Assembly: GCA_000165425.1 (NCBI GenBank)
Contig: CT868640.1
Span: 315,142-379,141, forward strand
Length of the DNA stretch: 64,000 nucleotides
Source of the DNA: Paramecium tetraurelia
Taxonomy: Eukaryota
Reading direction: 5' to 3'
This document shows positions 39,925 through 54,500 of this stretch, in pieces; position 1 is the stretch's first letter, and the number at the start of each line of letters is the position of its first letter. Under the pieces are notes generated by a model. That model saw nothing but the letters and a program-made list of their open reading frames with translations, was not told the DNA's origin and searched no databases. The position numbers and the translations under genes were made by a program.

Positions 39925-42900
39925 ATGGAGTTTGAATTAGCTGGAACCAATCATAAAGCTGTTTAAGGTTGGCGATTTGATACTAATGGACAGGAACCTC
40001 TTAAGCAGTAATTAATCGAACCATCGGAACCCTAAATCCAAACATTAGGGTTTTTCGAAAAAATTAAGAATTAGTTTAATGATCTACTCAAACCACCTGA
40101 CAAAGAAGTGGAATAAAGAATCATTTACTTAGATGGTAAAGTGTATCCTTAAAATAATATGCCAAATATAGTAAAAAACCAAAAGTACAACATTTTGTCA
40201 TTTGTTCCTATGGTGCTCTATCAGTAGTTTAAATACTTTTTCAACCTCATCTTCTTGTTGATCACACTATCATAATTTGTACCTTTGCTAAAAGTAGGGT
40301 TTTTATTTAGTTATGTTGCTCCATTAGCATTCGTATTGATCCTAACATTACTCAAAGAAGCCTACGATGATTTTCAAAGGTATAAAAGAGATAAAGAGGC
40401 TAATTCTCAAGAATATACCTAAATTGGGAAGGAAAAAGCAATACAACTTTAAAGTTGGCAGTTAAAAGTAGGAGACATTATTGAGGTTCATGCAAATTAA
40501 AGAATACCTGCCGATTTAATATTACTTCACACAAATGATGTAACAGGAACAGTTTTCATTAGAACAGATTAATTGGATGGAGAAACTGATTGGAAATTAA
40601 GAAAAGCTATCAGACATACTTAAAATTATGGGTAAAACAAAAACCTAACAACTCTTAATGCATCAATCACTTGTGAACCCCCTAAATTGGACATATACGA
40701 TTTTAAAGGGTTATTTAAATTAGAGGTCGGTGGTGGAGAAGGTTAGAGAGAAGCATTATCATTGGAGAACACACTTTGGTGCAATACATTTTTGGCCTCA
40801 GGGAAGATCTAGGCTGTGGTGGTTTATACAGGAAAAGAGTGTAGATCTGCTTTAAATTCAAGAGAGCCTAGAACTAAGATGGGAAGATTAGATGATGAAC
40901 TAAATTAATTGGCAAAATTACTTTGTGTATTATTAGTGTGTACAGCATTCACTATTGTATTAAGTAGTGGATTTCAAAATGAATGGTTGCTTCAATTATT
41001 TAGACATGTGTTATTGCTAAGCTCAATTATTCCAATATCTTTAAGGGTTAATCTAGATTTTTCCAAATTATACTTTTCCTATGGAATTTCAAACGATAAG
41101 GATATTGAAGGATCCCTTGCCAGAAATAGTACGATACCAGAAGAATTAGGGAGAATTTCTTATGTTTTAACAGATAAAACTGGAACATTAACTTAAAATA
41201 CAATGATTTTTAAAAAGCTATCTTTGGAGAGAATGTCTTTCTCTGTTGAAACATTAGGCATGCTAAGGAAGATGATTAAAAAGCATTGCACTAATAGTAA
41301 ATTTCCTATGGAAGATATACTAAAGAAATATCAAGAGTCTGGAGGAAGAAAAATTAAACCTTTCAAAAGAAATAAGGATCAAATTGTCAGAGACTTAATT
41401 TCTGCGTTATCATTATGTCATAACGTTACCCCTGTAGAAGATGAAGGATAAAGAACCTTTTAAGCAAGCAGCCCAGATGAAATTGCCTTGGTTAATTTCG
41501 CAGAAGATGTCGGATTCAAATTAGTCAATAGACAGTTAACAGAAATCAATATTCAAAATGCAGGAGGAACACCAGAGTCATATAAAATATTATACGAATT
41601 TCCTTTCACATCAGAAAGAAAGAGAATGGGTATTATTTTACAAATGCAGGGATAAAAAGGTGCCATCTTTTATTTAAAAGGAGCAGATTCAGTAATGAAA
41701 CAGAAGGTTCCTGAAGTCTAGAGAGGATTTTTGATGGATGAATGCGAAAGTTTAAGTAGAGAGGGATTAAGAACTTTGGTGATTACTTAAAAATACTTGA
41801 CAGAGGATGATTTGAAAAATTTTACTACAGAATTTGAAAAAGCGAAGAATTAAATGGAAGACAGAGAGGCTCGTTGTGCAAAAGTGCTAGACTTTTATGA
41901 GAATGACATGGAATTGCTGGGTTTAACAGGTGTTGAAGATATGCTTTAGGAAGATATTTATGCAACATTGGAATCATTAAAAAATGCAGGAATATAAATC
42001 TGGATGTTGACTGGAGATAAAGTAGAAACAGCTTAATGTATAGCAATCTCAACTGGATTGAAAAGCCCTACTTAGGAAATGTTTGTAATTAAAGATATTG
42101 AAGATTCTTTAATCTTACAAAATGAATTGAATTAATTTGCCTTAAAAAACAACAGCGTTTTAGTAATAGACGGATAATCTTTAAAGATCGCTCTTGAGTT
42201 TCAACACACTGCATTTTTCCATGTTGCTTGTAATGCTCCTGCTGTAGTCTGTTGTAGATGTTCACCAACATAAAAAGCTTAAGTGACTGAATTGATAAAA
42301 GAGCATACTTAAAAGACAGTTCTGTCAATAGGAGATGGTGGAAACGATGTTGCTATGATTTAAGCTGCTGATGTCGGAGTTGGAATAGTTGGCAAAGAGG
42401 GAAAATAAGCAGCACTTGCCAGTGACTTTTCTATATTAAAATTTAAACATTTAGCTGTCTTATTGTTATGGCATGGTAGGTTGGCTTACAAGAGAACTTC
42501 TGTTATGGCTTAGTTTGTTATGCATAGAGGATTAGTTATTGCATCAATATAAACTATATTCTCCATTGTATTTTACTTCGTTGCTATACCCATTTATAAT
42601 GGTTGGTTGATGTTGGGATATGCCACTGTTTACACTATGTTTCCTGTGTTTTGTTTAATTTTTGATTAAGATGTAACAAAAGAAAAGGCTCTTGAATATA
42701 CAGAATTATATAAAGCCTTATTAAAAGGCCGAGAGTTAACAGTGAAAACCTTTTTGCTTTGGTTATTTAAATCTGTTTATTAAGGTAAATTAGTTATGCA
42801 ATTATTTAGCTGCTGTTATTATGGTTTATAGCTTTGCTGTGTTTCAAAATACATTTTTGGATTTGGTGACAGTAACATTTAGTAGTTTAATAGTTGCGGA

Positions 42901-43165
42901 ATTATTAAATGTTTTCACTGAAGTAAATAACTTTAGATTAGTAATGTTTATTGCTGAGATGTTCACTTTAGTAGTCTATGCAGGATCAATTATCTTTTTA
43001 TAGAGTTATATAAATTTAGCAGATATCGATTAGAAATTCATCATAAATGTCTTGATTTTAGTAACGATTAGTTGGTTACCATTACATATAATAAAATTAG
43101 TGTTAAGAAAATGGGATCCATCCGAATCGGACAAGATAATGCAAAAAATTAGAATTAGAAAGTGA
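39925..43165 (+). CDS. NEO1: P4-ATPase phospholipid flippase, Neo1/ATP9 class
   Basis: [63 protein letters not shown]. Confidence 0.95.
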
Positions 43166-43206
43166 AATTATTTATAATCATCTATTTGAATAAGTACTTA
43201 ATACAT

Positions 43207-43286
43207 GATCATATGGCCGAGTGGTCTAAGGCGCTGCATTCAGGCTGCAGTCCGAAAGGGCGAGGGTTCGAATCCCTCTGTGGTCA
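43207..43286 (+). tRNA. tRNA-Leu (anticodon CAG)
   Basis: Acceptor GATCATA/TGTGGTC plus discriminator A; D-arm TGGCCGAGTGGTCTAAGGC; anticodon stem CTGCA/TGCAG with loop TT-CAG-GC; long variable arm; GTTCGAATCC; followed by a T-run. Confidence 0.95.
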
Positions 43287-43845
43287 AATTTTTTATTTCT
43301 TGTTCTTTTAAAATAGAAGAAATAAATTTTCATAATTCTTTTCTTATCAAGAGTTTTGCTTTCTAAATTTAATTTTGCTTGAAATAACAACGAAATATAA
43401 AAATATTTAATTAAAGAATGCCAATAAAAATTATTAAAAAAATAAGAAAGTTTTGAGTATTAAAAAATTTTATTAAGATTCAATATTTTTTAATTTATCT
43501 ATGCTGAGTTAACAAGAATTATTATAACCCATCTATTTAAGACTGAAAATTCTAGTAAAAATGTAGTGAGAATTTTGAAATAAAGCTCAGAATTAATATT
43601 TCCTTATTTTTGAGAAATATTAAGGGTTTATTAATAAGCATAATTTAAATTAATTTTATCTTATGGAATTGGTTACTTGTTTTATAGTGTATCGTTAAGA
43701 ACTAAACTTATTGGCTCACTTTAAATAGGTCTTGTTAACTTTTATAAATTAAGAATATGTAGCTAAATTGTTTTGCAACATTAGTGTTTTCAAAGCAAAT
43801 AACGAAGAACTGAATTAACATTATAAAATTATGAAAGCAATATAA

Positions 43846-45253
43846 TCAAACATCCAATTTAAATCTCTTCTTAAAACCTCCCTTTTTTTATTTGGAATCC
43901 TTTTATATTTTTTTATTGATTTATTTTATCTTTCTATCATCCAAATCATCTTCATCAACTGCGGTTTTCTTTACCTTTTTTTCCAATAAATCTTTTAATT
44001 CTTGAGTTGCTATCCTCTATAAAATAATATTAATTTTAATACATTAGCCTCTTAAACTCTTTCGTAAAACACCATTACATCAGATTCCTCCAAAGGATAT
44101 TGGGATAACTCTTTTTCGATTAATTATTCTATCTTCTGGTACATTTCAACATCATATTAAGTTACAAGACTGATAGCTTTTCCAGATTTTCCTGCTCTTG
44201 CAGTTCTACCAACTCTATGGACATACTCTTTTGCGTTTTAGGGAATATCAAAATTAAGAACCAAATCAACAAATGGAATATCAAGACCTCTACTTGCAAC
44301 ATCAGTGGCAATTAATAAATTAGATTCCTTTGATTTGAATTTATTAAAGGACGACAATCTTTTGGCTTAACTCATCTATCCATGTATTGCAATAGCTTGA
44401 AATCCAAGATTTCTTAATAGTAAGGTTATCTTAATTGCCATTTAACAGGTTGCTACAAATACAATGGAAGTTAATCCTGCTAATTCATTCAGTAAGTAAA
44501 CTAAATAGGTTTCTTTGTATTTATCAGGAACGAATAGGTAATTTTATTGAAGTGTGGAAACAGTCTAATACTTTGAAGACACTTCAATTTTGACTGGATC
44601 TTTAAGAGATGCTCTCTATAATTTACTGACCTTATTTGTCATGGTGGCTGAAAATAAATAAGTATTTCTTTCTTTCGGTATGATGTCTAGAATTGCGTTA
44701 ATTTCTCTTTCAAAATCCATATTAAGCAATTTGTCAGCCTCATCTAAAACTAAGAATTTTAATTATTTTAGATTGAATCCTTTTGTATTTTCTAGATGGT
44801 AAAGAATCTTTCCAGGAGTTCCAATAATGATGTGTGGCTTTTATGCTAAAGCCTTTGCTTAAGCTAGAGGATCCATTCCTCCCAAAATAACTACAGATTT
44901 TAATGCTATCGAAGCTCCAATGGCCTAGAAGTGTTCTTAAATTTAAACACACAGTTCTCTTGTAGGAGATAATATTAAGGCATAATAAGGCTATGGATTT
45001 GCTAATAAATGCTGCAATATTGGGAGTCCAAAAGCTAAGGTTTTACCAGAACCAGTCTCTGCCAAACCAATAATGTCTTTCTAAAAGATTAATAATATTG
45101 TATTACTTTTTATAGTGTATAGGGTAGGGATTATTATTGAATTGGAGTAGGTATTTTATATCCTAACTTTTCACATGCTGAGCTTAATTCCTCACAAACA
45201 CCTAGTTCTTTAAAAGTAACACTGCTAATTTGTTATTCTTCTTATTAATCCAT
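43846..45253 (-). CDS. DDX47: DEAD-box RNA helicase DDX47/Rrp3
   Basis: [54 protein letters not shown]. Confidence 0.93.
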
Positions 45254-45313
45254 AAATTAATATTTTAATATAATTTGTAAAATTAATTACTTTGTAATAT
45301 TCTTTTGAATAAA

Positions 45314-45971
45314 TCATTCTCTGCTAGCCATTACATCCTCTGAATATGTTTATTTTTCAACAACTAGTTTTTTTCCTTCAAATCCTGAGGCTTATCCTGG
45401 TTCAAATGGAGCTGCTCTTCTATTTCTGTGATACTTTCTAAATAGATTCAATAGTTATATCATTTTACATGAATTCCAATCTATTCAAACTCTACATGGC
45501 TCCTTGTGGAAAGTAGTGATTTGGAGTAGGAGATTAATTGTCTGTAGCTGGCTTTTAGTAGAATGGCTGAACGAAATGTGAATGACCTGTTCTAGTTGGG
45601 GCTTCATCATATACATGAGCCATCCAACCATGCCAAATAGGAGGGACTCTATCCCCAAGAGTATGCCATGGATTAAAGTAGTCATTATATTCTACCCACC
45701 TTCTTTGATTACGATCTATCGAATTCCATTAATTGTTTACGTGTGACATCAAAATCTTCGTAGTATTTATTGCCAAATTAATCTTGTCCTACACATTATA
45801 TCGGTCCATTCTATCCTCCAGCATAATGACTGGATCTAGATTATGCTCTGTGCATTCTGATGTATGTTTACCAGAATCCTAATTAGTTATGTTATAATTA
45901 CCTTCTCTTCTCACTAAAGTCCAAAATTTTGGTGTTAACATTTAGTTTAGTGTCCATGCCCAAAGACCCAT
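45314..45971 (-). CDS. NDUFA12: Complex I subunit NDUFA12
   Basis: VGQDQFGNKYYED, RRWVEY, VPPIWHGWM; short introns. Confidence 0.85.
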
Positions 45972-46579
45972 TTTCTCAAATTAATATTATTATTTAAATA
46001 ATAACTTTACATAATAAAAATTCACACTTCAACTCTATTGAAAAGGCCTTTTGCTATTCTAACTGACATAAATTCAACAATTTATGTTCTCTAATTTAGG
46101 TTTAATCATTAGGTCATGTAAATAAGAAATATCACAGGACTTACTAAAACAAACTATAAAAATAATAAATTCTGAAAAGATTTTGAATATATTCAAGAGA
46201 CATTAGATAAAATTAAAAGCAACTGAGAAGATCTAAACAAAAAATGCTTAAGCTGACAAAATCAAATACATATATAATATCAAATAAAGTTTATTAACAT
46301 AGTAGTTTTACAAAATATATGATTAGTTGTAAATATATTGAGAAATCAAATAGAACCATTGCAGTGTATAATAATATAAATGACTTCTTAATAAAAAAAA
46401 GGAACTTAAGAGCATATAATAAATGCACTAACTATGTTTTCATAGGATTTTACTCACAAAATGTGTGAAGCTGCACACAAACAGCATGGGTGATGACTAG
46501 AAAATATTTGTTAATACAATACTAAAAATAATTACATTATTTATATTATAATTTTATGAAGTAATTTATACCATAAATT

Positions 46580-47693
46580 ATGTCAGAGCCTTTTTAGCTA
46601 ACAAAAAAGGATAAGTGTAAAATAATCAATATTGATTTTTATGAAATGTATAAATCAATTAGAATACAGATAGTTTTATTGCCATGATTGATTCGTCCAA
46701 TAAATTGTATATATTTGCCTTAAATACATTGCTTCCAATTTATTATCTTGAGGTACCAATTTAGGTAGTTAATATCACTTTCGGAAAAAAGTCAGAAGAA
46801 ATAGCAGTTTTCTCAGAAAAAGAGATCTTAATTTATTCATTACAAGATGATATAATCTTTTAGAAGAAATTGGAAATAATCAATTTAATAAAATTTGATT
46901 TTCTAGACTAAGATTATTTGATTCTCACCTAAACTCATTTATAGAACTCAATTATGTAGGTAGATACTATTGATCCAATTACATTTGAAAAAGTTCATTA
47001 TTAAAAGAATTACAACTTATTGATTCTTTTTTAAGATTCAATTTAGCTATTTAACAACTTAAGCCCATATCTAAGCTATTAATAAAAATTTAACAACAAA
47101 TCTAAGTTAAGGTATGATCATTAATAGTAATTGATATGTGTTTTTGAAACAAATTAATTGAGTATTTTCTTTATTTTTCATGATCAAATTAAGCATAGAC
47201 ATACATTATCACTAAATATTGAGAAAATTTAAGACGGTTGTTCCTTTTCCCTTCCATCTTATAAATAACCTGGATCTTATGGAGATCAGATCTTTATCTA
47301 CAGTAATTAATTTATTGACTATTTCAAGTGGCGATGACTAGAGGTAAACTTGGTAGTTAGTTTTAGTTTGTTGACTAAGATGGAGATAGATAATGTATTG
47401 GTAATACATTTTAAGAAAAAAAATGCAAAACCATTATTCCAATATCAAAGTGGGGGAATAATCTACTTGTCCTATTTGAATAGGGTTGCTTAAATCGAAT
47501 TAAGTTGTATAAATTTCCACAATTTGAAAAACTGGATTTTAAATTTCAATATTACCCAAAAAATGAAACATATAGTGAATTAGAAGATGAATTTGATAAG
47601 AAAATTAAATAATCATCTATTGAATTAAAAGAGGATTAATTTTCCTAAAGAATACTTGATCCATATTATTCTTATTGCCATGAGCTCATTTGA
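46580..47693 (+). CDS. Hypothetical protein or decaying gene, boundaries approximate
   Basis: ATG 46580 with long open stretches in ciliate code, but some TGAs need introns I could not confirm. Confidence 0.3.
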
Positions 47694-47759
47694 GGATAAT
47701 AATGAATATTATTTGAGTTTCTTAAATTTGAACTATAATTTAGTATAATTAATTATTTT

Positions 47760-48730
47760 ATGATTCCTTATTATTATGGCAGCATAATAATTGGTCCAAG
47801 TGGTGTTGGAAAATCCACTCTTTGTAAAGGATTGCTATAGATGATGGAATAAATATAAAGAAAATCCATCATAATTAATATGGACCCAGCGAATGAAGAT
47901 TCATATGAAGATTATCTATGCATCAATATTTTAGAGCTTATAACTGTTGAGGATGTGATGAAAATGTTTAAACTAGGGTATGTTTAAATAGTAATTAAGG
48001 CCTAATGCAGCTTTGTTATATTGCTTCTAATTTTTATTGGATAACATAAAGTGGCTTTTTGATAAATTATTGAAGTATCAAGATCATTATCTGATTTTTG
48101 ATTTTCCAGGTATTAATTAATGTCAAAATAGGATAGATTGAATTGTATTTAGCAAATGATTCAATTTACAATCTAATATAATCATTGACAAACAAAAACA
48201 ATTCAACATTATAAATATCATTGGTGGCTGTGCAATTATTTGATTGTTTAAATTGTTATTAAGTGAACACATTTATCTCTGCAAGTCTTGTTAGTGTAAC
48301 TGTATCTGCAAATTTATCATTGCCATACTTAGCTGTTTTAAATAAATTAGATTTAGTTAAACAATATGGAGAGATGCCATTAAGCTTACAATACTATTTG
48401 GAGGGTGAAAATTTGAAATATATGTTGGAAGTCACTGATTAATGTGATGAAGAGGGATAAAAATTTAAGGAAAAATATGGACAATTAACATACCACATTG
48501 CAGAGCTAATTGATTCAAAAGAGGTTGTTAGCTTTGAACCACTATATGTTGAAAATAAAAAATTAATAATGAGATTAATACTAAAAATGGATAAGGCTAA
48601 TGGTTATTATTTTTTGGAAAACTTACCCCCCATTTATAAATCTATACAAGAAGATGTAGGAGAAGAAATAGATTTCCTTCCAACTGAATTGGTGATGGAG
48701 TTGGAAACTGAATTATTCGAAAGTAATTGA
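47760..48730 (+). CDS. GPN2: GPN-loop GTPase 2
   Basis: GPSGVGKST, NMDPAN, spliced LGPN loop, FDFPGQIELY, NKLDL, GPN2-type DKANGY. Confidence 0.88.
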
Positions 48731-48960
48731 TATGTTATTTATAAATATAAATCATGCAAATTTCTTTTAAAACATCATCAAACTCTTTGGTTATAACGTT
48801 TATAAAAATAAAATAATTTGATTATTCTGAGGAAGTTTAAACTTATACTGTAAAGTGCATATAAATTGAAAAAGATAAGAAAATTAAGTAAATATATTCA
48901 TTCTAATTACAAATATAATGTGATGAGTTTAAAATTATAACTGTTCTTAATAAATATAAT

Positions 48961-50401
48961 TCAATCTTATGATATTAATTTTAACATAGGTTCTGATTTT
49001 TTAACTTATTATTACTTCATATTTTATTGCATTTTGGATTTCCAATCTTAAATTTCATCAAAAAACACCTTTTCTTTTTGATTTAAACATTTTGGTGTAT
49101 TTGGATTTTGAAGAACTTTCTAAAAGGGTTTATGGATTCTTTTTGAAACCATTTATTATTCATTTTAATATTCTAAATTATAAACTCTTATCACATGTTC
49201 ATTTTTTATTTATTTTGCCTCTTTTAGGTCTACAGAAACCTCTTTAAATTACTGCTTTTTCATAAAATTGTTTCTGAAAGTATTAGTTGTTACTTAAGGT
49301 TCCACCGATGATTTAATTATCCTTCTATTGCTCAATTCTTATTTTATATTTTTTGAAATATATTCTTTTCCACTAAATCCTACAGCAGAATTGGGTCTTA
49401 TTCTTTATAAGCGAATCATCAAATCCTTTTAATCATCCTTAATTATTCTTTAAACAGAAGACTAGGGTCTATTTTTTAATTGTCTATGAACCGAATGCAT
49501 ATTTTCTATTGTATCTAATGTTATAATTTAAGGTACAACGGGCTTAATTTCTAAAAACTAAGATTAGTTGTTCCTTTCGGAATCTGATTCATTTATTATT
49601 TCAATCTTGCTTTCTTTAAAAGAACAGATACTTTTTTCTTTTTTTGAAATTGTTCTTGAGAATTATTAATTCATCATTAAACTAGAAGGGGTATCTCTAA
49701 GGTGTACTTTATCAGTTAAATAACTGATGAGTTACTAGTACGTATATCTTTTTTAAATGTTTTTAACTAAAATCAATTTTATTATTTGAGATAAAATAGG
49801 GAATTTGCTCTGATCTGTGGGTTGAGGATCTTTATAAATAATGTTATATGCAAGAACTTTGTCATTGTCACCATTAAAAGGCATCCGATTGTTTGCAAGG
49901 AAATATCCTATTATACCAATACTCCAAATTCCAGAATGAGTGGATTCTTTTCTCAAAACCTCTGGAGAAGCAAAATTTAATGGGGTGGCATTTAATGATA
50001 ACAAATCGATCTTAATTGAATTAATAACAAACCTTAATATTTTTGTATTCATCGAGTAACAAATTTTAGAGAGTAACTGTTGCTTATATTCCCTTTAACT
50101 CAGCAATGTTTAGTGCTTAAGCAAGTTATAAAATTATGGATAAAATTTTTTATTCTCCAAAACAACCTCCTCCGTTAATCGTTTACAAGGGTTCACTATT
50201 TTATATAATACACATCATTCCATTTTCTTACCATCTATCCACAATTATTAGAAAATTTTGATGATCGAGCTGTCTGATTCTATCATCATAATCAGAAGAT
50301 GCCTATAATGTTAGAATATATTCTTTTTTCGTTTTCTTCTCGATACAGAGATATTTATTTATACCAAGCTTTTGCGCTTTCTCCAACTATTATAATTACA
50401 T
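48961..50401 (-). CDS. Degenerate protein-kinase-like protein (probable pseudokinase), end approximate
   Basis: FASPEVLR, GIWSIGIIGYFL..MPFNG C-lobe; no clear HRD/DFG; long low-complexity C-terminus. Confidence 0.6.
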
Positions 50402-51506
50402 AATTAATTTTAATTTTATATTTATATAAACAACTCCACTCAAAATTTCATCTCTAAGTACAACTTAAAAGGAAGAATTCAATTCTTTATTTTCGATAAG
50501 TAGATTAATTAATTAGATAAATTAAATTACTGAATAACCCAAGATAATATTTTGATTAACTGAAAGATTGAAAGTATTAAAATGACAACAGTGTAAATCC
50601 AAAACTTTCTATTTTTTAAAGCACTTTTCTGATAATTAATTCACATTAAAATTCAGAAAATTAAGAGAGCATAAAATATTTAATTATGCAATAATTTTAT
50701 TTAAGCGTTACTAGAAAGGTATAAACAAAATATATTTCGAAGAAAATATCTACATTTAAACTAAAAATCCACTAGTTAGTATAATTCTTGAGGCATTCTA
50801 ATATAATATTTAGAAATTCATAAAATATATTTTATTGAAGGAAAGTGAAATCAAATCCATTCCTTGCATCATAGACTCTATTTCTTTTAATAAACTTTTT
50901 ATTTCTCTTTATTAAAATGAAGGGAATTCGAAATAGAAATACACTAAATTTCATTATTTAACTTAAAGTTTAATTTAGAATTATTAAAGTATTTAGAGTT
51001 TACACTCTTGATTTTAGCTTGATTAAATACATATTTATAGTCACTGACTGAAATATAAAACAATAGTAATTAATTTATTCTATTACTGATCTAAAAGTAA
51101 CTTCTGCTTTTTTTCAAGATTATTAATTATAATTAAATACACTAAATTATTTAAACAATTATTAATTTATATTAAATATTGTAATATTAAGATTATTCAA
51201 ATATAAATTTCATTAATAAACATAAATTCATAAAGATGCAGAAAAATTCGATGGATATGACAATTTTTTGAGAGATTTATTACTTACAATTAAGAAATAT
51301 AAAAATCTTTCCTAAAGAAATAATTTATGTATTTTTGAATATCAAGATAGTTGTTAATTTGAGTGAAATAAATTTTTCAAATTAAAAGAAATAAAGAATT
51401 AATACAAAATTAATCTATGCAGATTATATTTTATACTAAAGAAATCATCCACATCTCAGATTTGATTGCAATTAACATTTTTTCTGATTTTAAGTTTGAA
51501 TTATAA

Positions 51507-54500
51507 TCAGATTCTGCAGTTGTCCTAAGATTTAAAACAATTTATCTAATTTAATACATATTTTTACCTTCTCATTTTTATTGAAGATCTTGATACGCTT
51601 TTCAATTTCATTAAATTCTTTTTCAGCCTTTATTCTTTAGATTATTGCTATTTCCAAAGTTATTTAAATAGATTTGCTAACTTTGACTTTGATTTAATTT
51701 TCTTAAATAGATTCTTTAATGAGGCAAGTAATAGAACATAGTATTTTTTCTTATAAGCCAATATAATGCCTTTTAAAAAAGGGTAGCACAAGATTATGCA
51801 GAGAATAATAATAACTATTTATAGCTAAATAGATAACACTTAATTATTCTATTACTCACATACATATTTAGCAGCAGCAAGGAAAATTGTAATGGAGCAA
51901 ATTTAACCAGCTTATAAATCTAAGTGATTAAGCTTTGAAATATTGTATGGTTTATATTCAACAGCTAGCAATTGATAAAATAGTAAACACAAACCTAGTA
52001 AGGAAGCCTTTAACAAAATTTGAATTTCAAAATATGTTAAAACAAGTATAATAATTGTTTTTTTGGTTAATTTGATTAATTCCCAAAAGTAATTTTTAAT
52101 ATCATATTCATTAAATAAATAGGAAATGTGTCTTCTGAGTTTCATAGATTGAAATTAGTCTCTCAATCTATACATTAGTGCGAATAGAGAAAAAGGAATC
52201 AATAAGCAAAATATTCCTAGTCCTGGAATAATAAAGGCAATCATCCATTTATAATGAGTTGTTGACCAAAATTCTAAAGAAACATCTCCTTAAATAAAAC
52301 TTAAATTCGAAATTTCTCTTTTTGAAATAACTGAACACAACCTATTTTTAATAAATTAATTACATTTTAATTAATCCTCCAAAATTAGATACATATAAGT
52401 AAATTAATGTATTCGAAATGGTATCATAATTATATTACTATTATGGCGCTGATTTAGATAGATAAAAATAAATTAACGATAATATTTAAATCAGCAGGAA
52501 TTGAAATAGCATTAAAACAAGCATTGTTATAATTCTTGAATAAATTAAAGAAATTTCCTCTATATCGGATAAATAACAATCTAAATTATTAGCCATAAAA
52601 TAAGATGTGTTACTAGCTTGATCAACAAAAATAAATGAAAATGAAAAGCTAATGTTAAAAGTGAAAATAACAGAGTAAATCCACAGATAATTTAAAAGCA
52701 TTTTTAGAAATACACTTTCATGATCTAATTATAAAAATATAATATTATACCCTAACTTAATTTAAAAATAATCTGAAAATGCCTTTCTCGAAGTTTCAAA
52801 GATGTAAACAATTAATTTGACGCGTTTATGCTTTTCAATGATAATATAATAGATAGTAAAGCCCTAAAATTAAGATTATCTCATACCAAGTTGTTGTCAA
52901 TATGAAAGGGAGTATGCTATCTTAATCTCCATAGCAACTTAAGCAACTCTGATCTTATGATGTTTTAATAAATTTTCCATTTCCCCTAATATTTTACGTG
53001 TCACATTCTTCGCATAAACCTCCAATATGCCCCAGATTACACAATTCATTGCCTGTATTCCATCCACCTTCACAAAACTTTGGATTCTTGAAACAATAAT
53101 CAACCGAATCAGATAACATATTAGGCCTCCAGTAGCCTTCCAAAAGTTATATTTTATTTGAAGTTATGCTAAAAAATTTTGTTTTGTCAAAAACAGAACA
53201 TTTTGTTGTATTGTAAGTGACAGAATAAAATCCTTAACTAGACGAACATATCTAACATCCATTATCAACATAAAATTCTCCTAATTAACATAAAAAACCT
53301 TTAGTTTTGATGACATAACCAAACTCTTTCTGTGAATCTCCTGGTTAACAATTAAAATAAATAAGAAAGTGGTCATATAGGCCATAATAGGGATCCAAAG
53401 AAAATGAAAGTAAACTTATATCAATATTATTATTTTGATTATCATATTTTATTGTGGCTTTTTGCTCTCGTTACTCAAGGTTTTATTATTTTTCTTTTAA
53501 GATTTTCTATTAACTTACACGACAAGTTGAATTGACTTTTTTGAAAAGTTATTCATTTCTGCTATTCTTAAAAAACAAGGAAAATTCAGAGATATATGTG
53601 AAGTATCTTTGAGATTATGGTTGATATAATAAATAACTTAGTATTTATTAATTGCTTGGAAGCATCAAGGTATTTGATTTTTCATTTTTTCCTTACTAAA
53701 TAATATTATAGGGCTTGAGATTCATACTATTAGTTAAGGTGTTATTTTGAATGTATGATTGCGACTACATTTCTTTGCCATTAATAAAAAGTGCTAAGTG
53801 GCTAGGAGTTTCAACTAGATTATTTCCATAAGAAGTAGCTTTATTAAAAAGAAGATACGACGAAACAAAATTTATATCGTTTAATTTACCATCTCCTTCC
53901 AAATAAATCCCTCCTCCTTCACTTGCTTCATTAGATAAAATTATTGTTTATTTTATGAGTAGTTCACTATTGATTGCAATTAAATGAATTCCACCTCCGG
54001 ATATTGTAACCGAATTTCCAAGAATATAAGAATTTTCTAATTTTAGAAACATATTTGAAGCCATTATTGCTGCTCCAATACTAGCCTTATTTTTGATAAA
54101 ACTTGAATCTTTAATTTAAATTTTTGGATATATCTGAGTTTTTGCAGCGATATTTAAGCATCCATATTCATTTATTATATTGAAACCACAATTAAAATCT
54201 TAAATCTTTAATAAATTGCAATTTTCTATTTATAAATAAATAATGCCATAATCACAGTATTTACAAATATTATCTTGAATATCCACCTTATACAATATTA
54301 ATGAATCTTCGATTGAATTCAATGAAATTTACACTAAAGAACTAGATTTTTAAGCTAATTCTATTACATTTTCGATAAAATCATTTAAATATATCTTTTC
54401 TTCTTGATTAATTAAATTGCTCTCTAAAACGCATCCTTAGTTACGAATATCAATATATTTCAAAAAATAGACAACACTGGAGTTTACTGAGTAGGCTTAA

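Noticed and set aside
43207..43286. Possible UCA (Sec or opal suppressor) tRNA, because TTCA lies in the anticodon loop
   Set aside because: The 5-bp stem CTGCA/TGCAG places CAG at positions 34-36; the 7-bp acceptor stem, A discriminator and variable arm fit ordinary tRNA-Leu
46084..46497. Possible small plus-strand gene
   Set aside because: Could not build a consistent spliced frame or recognise a domain
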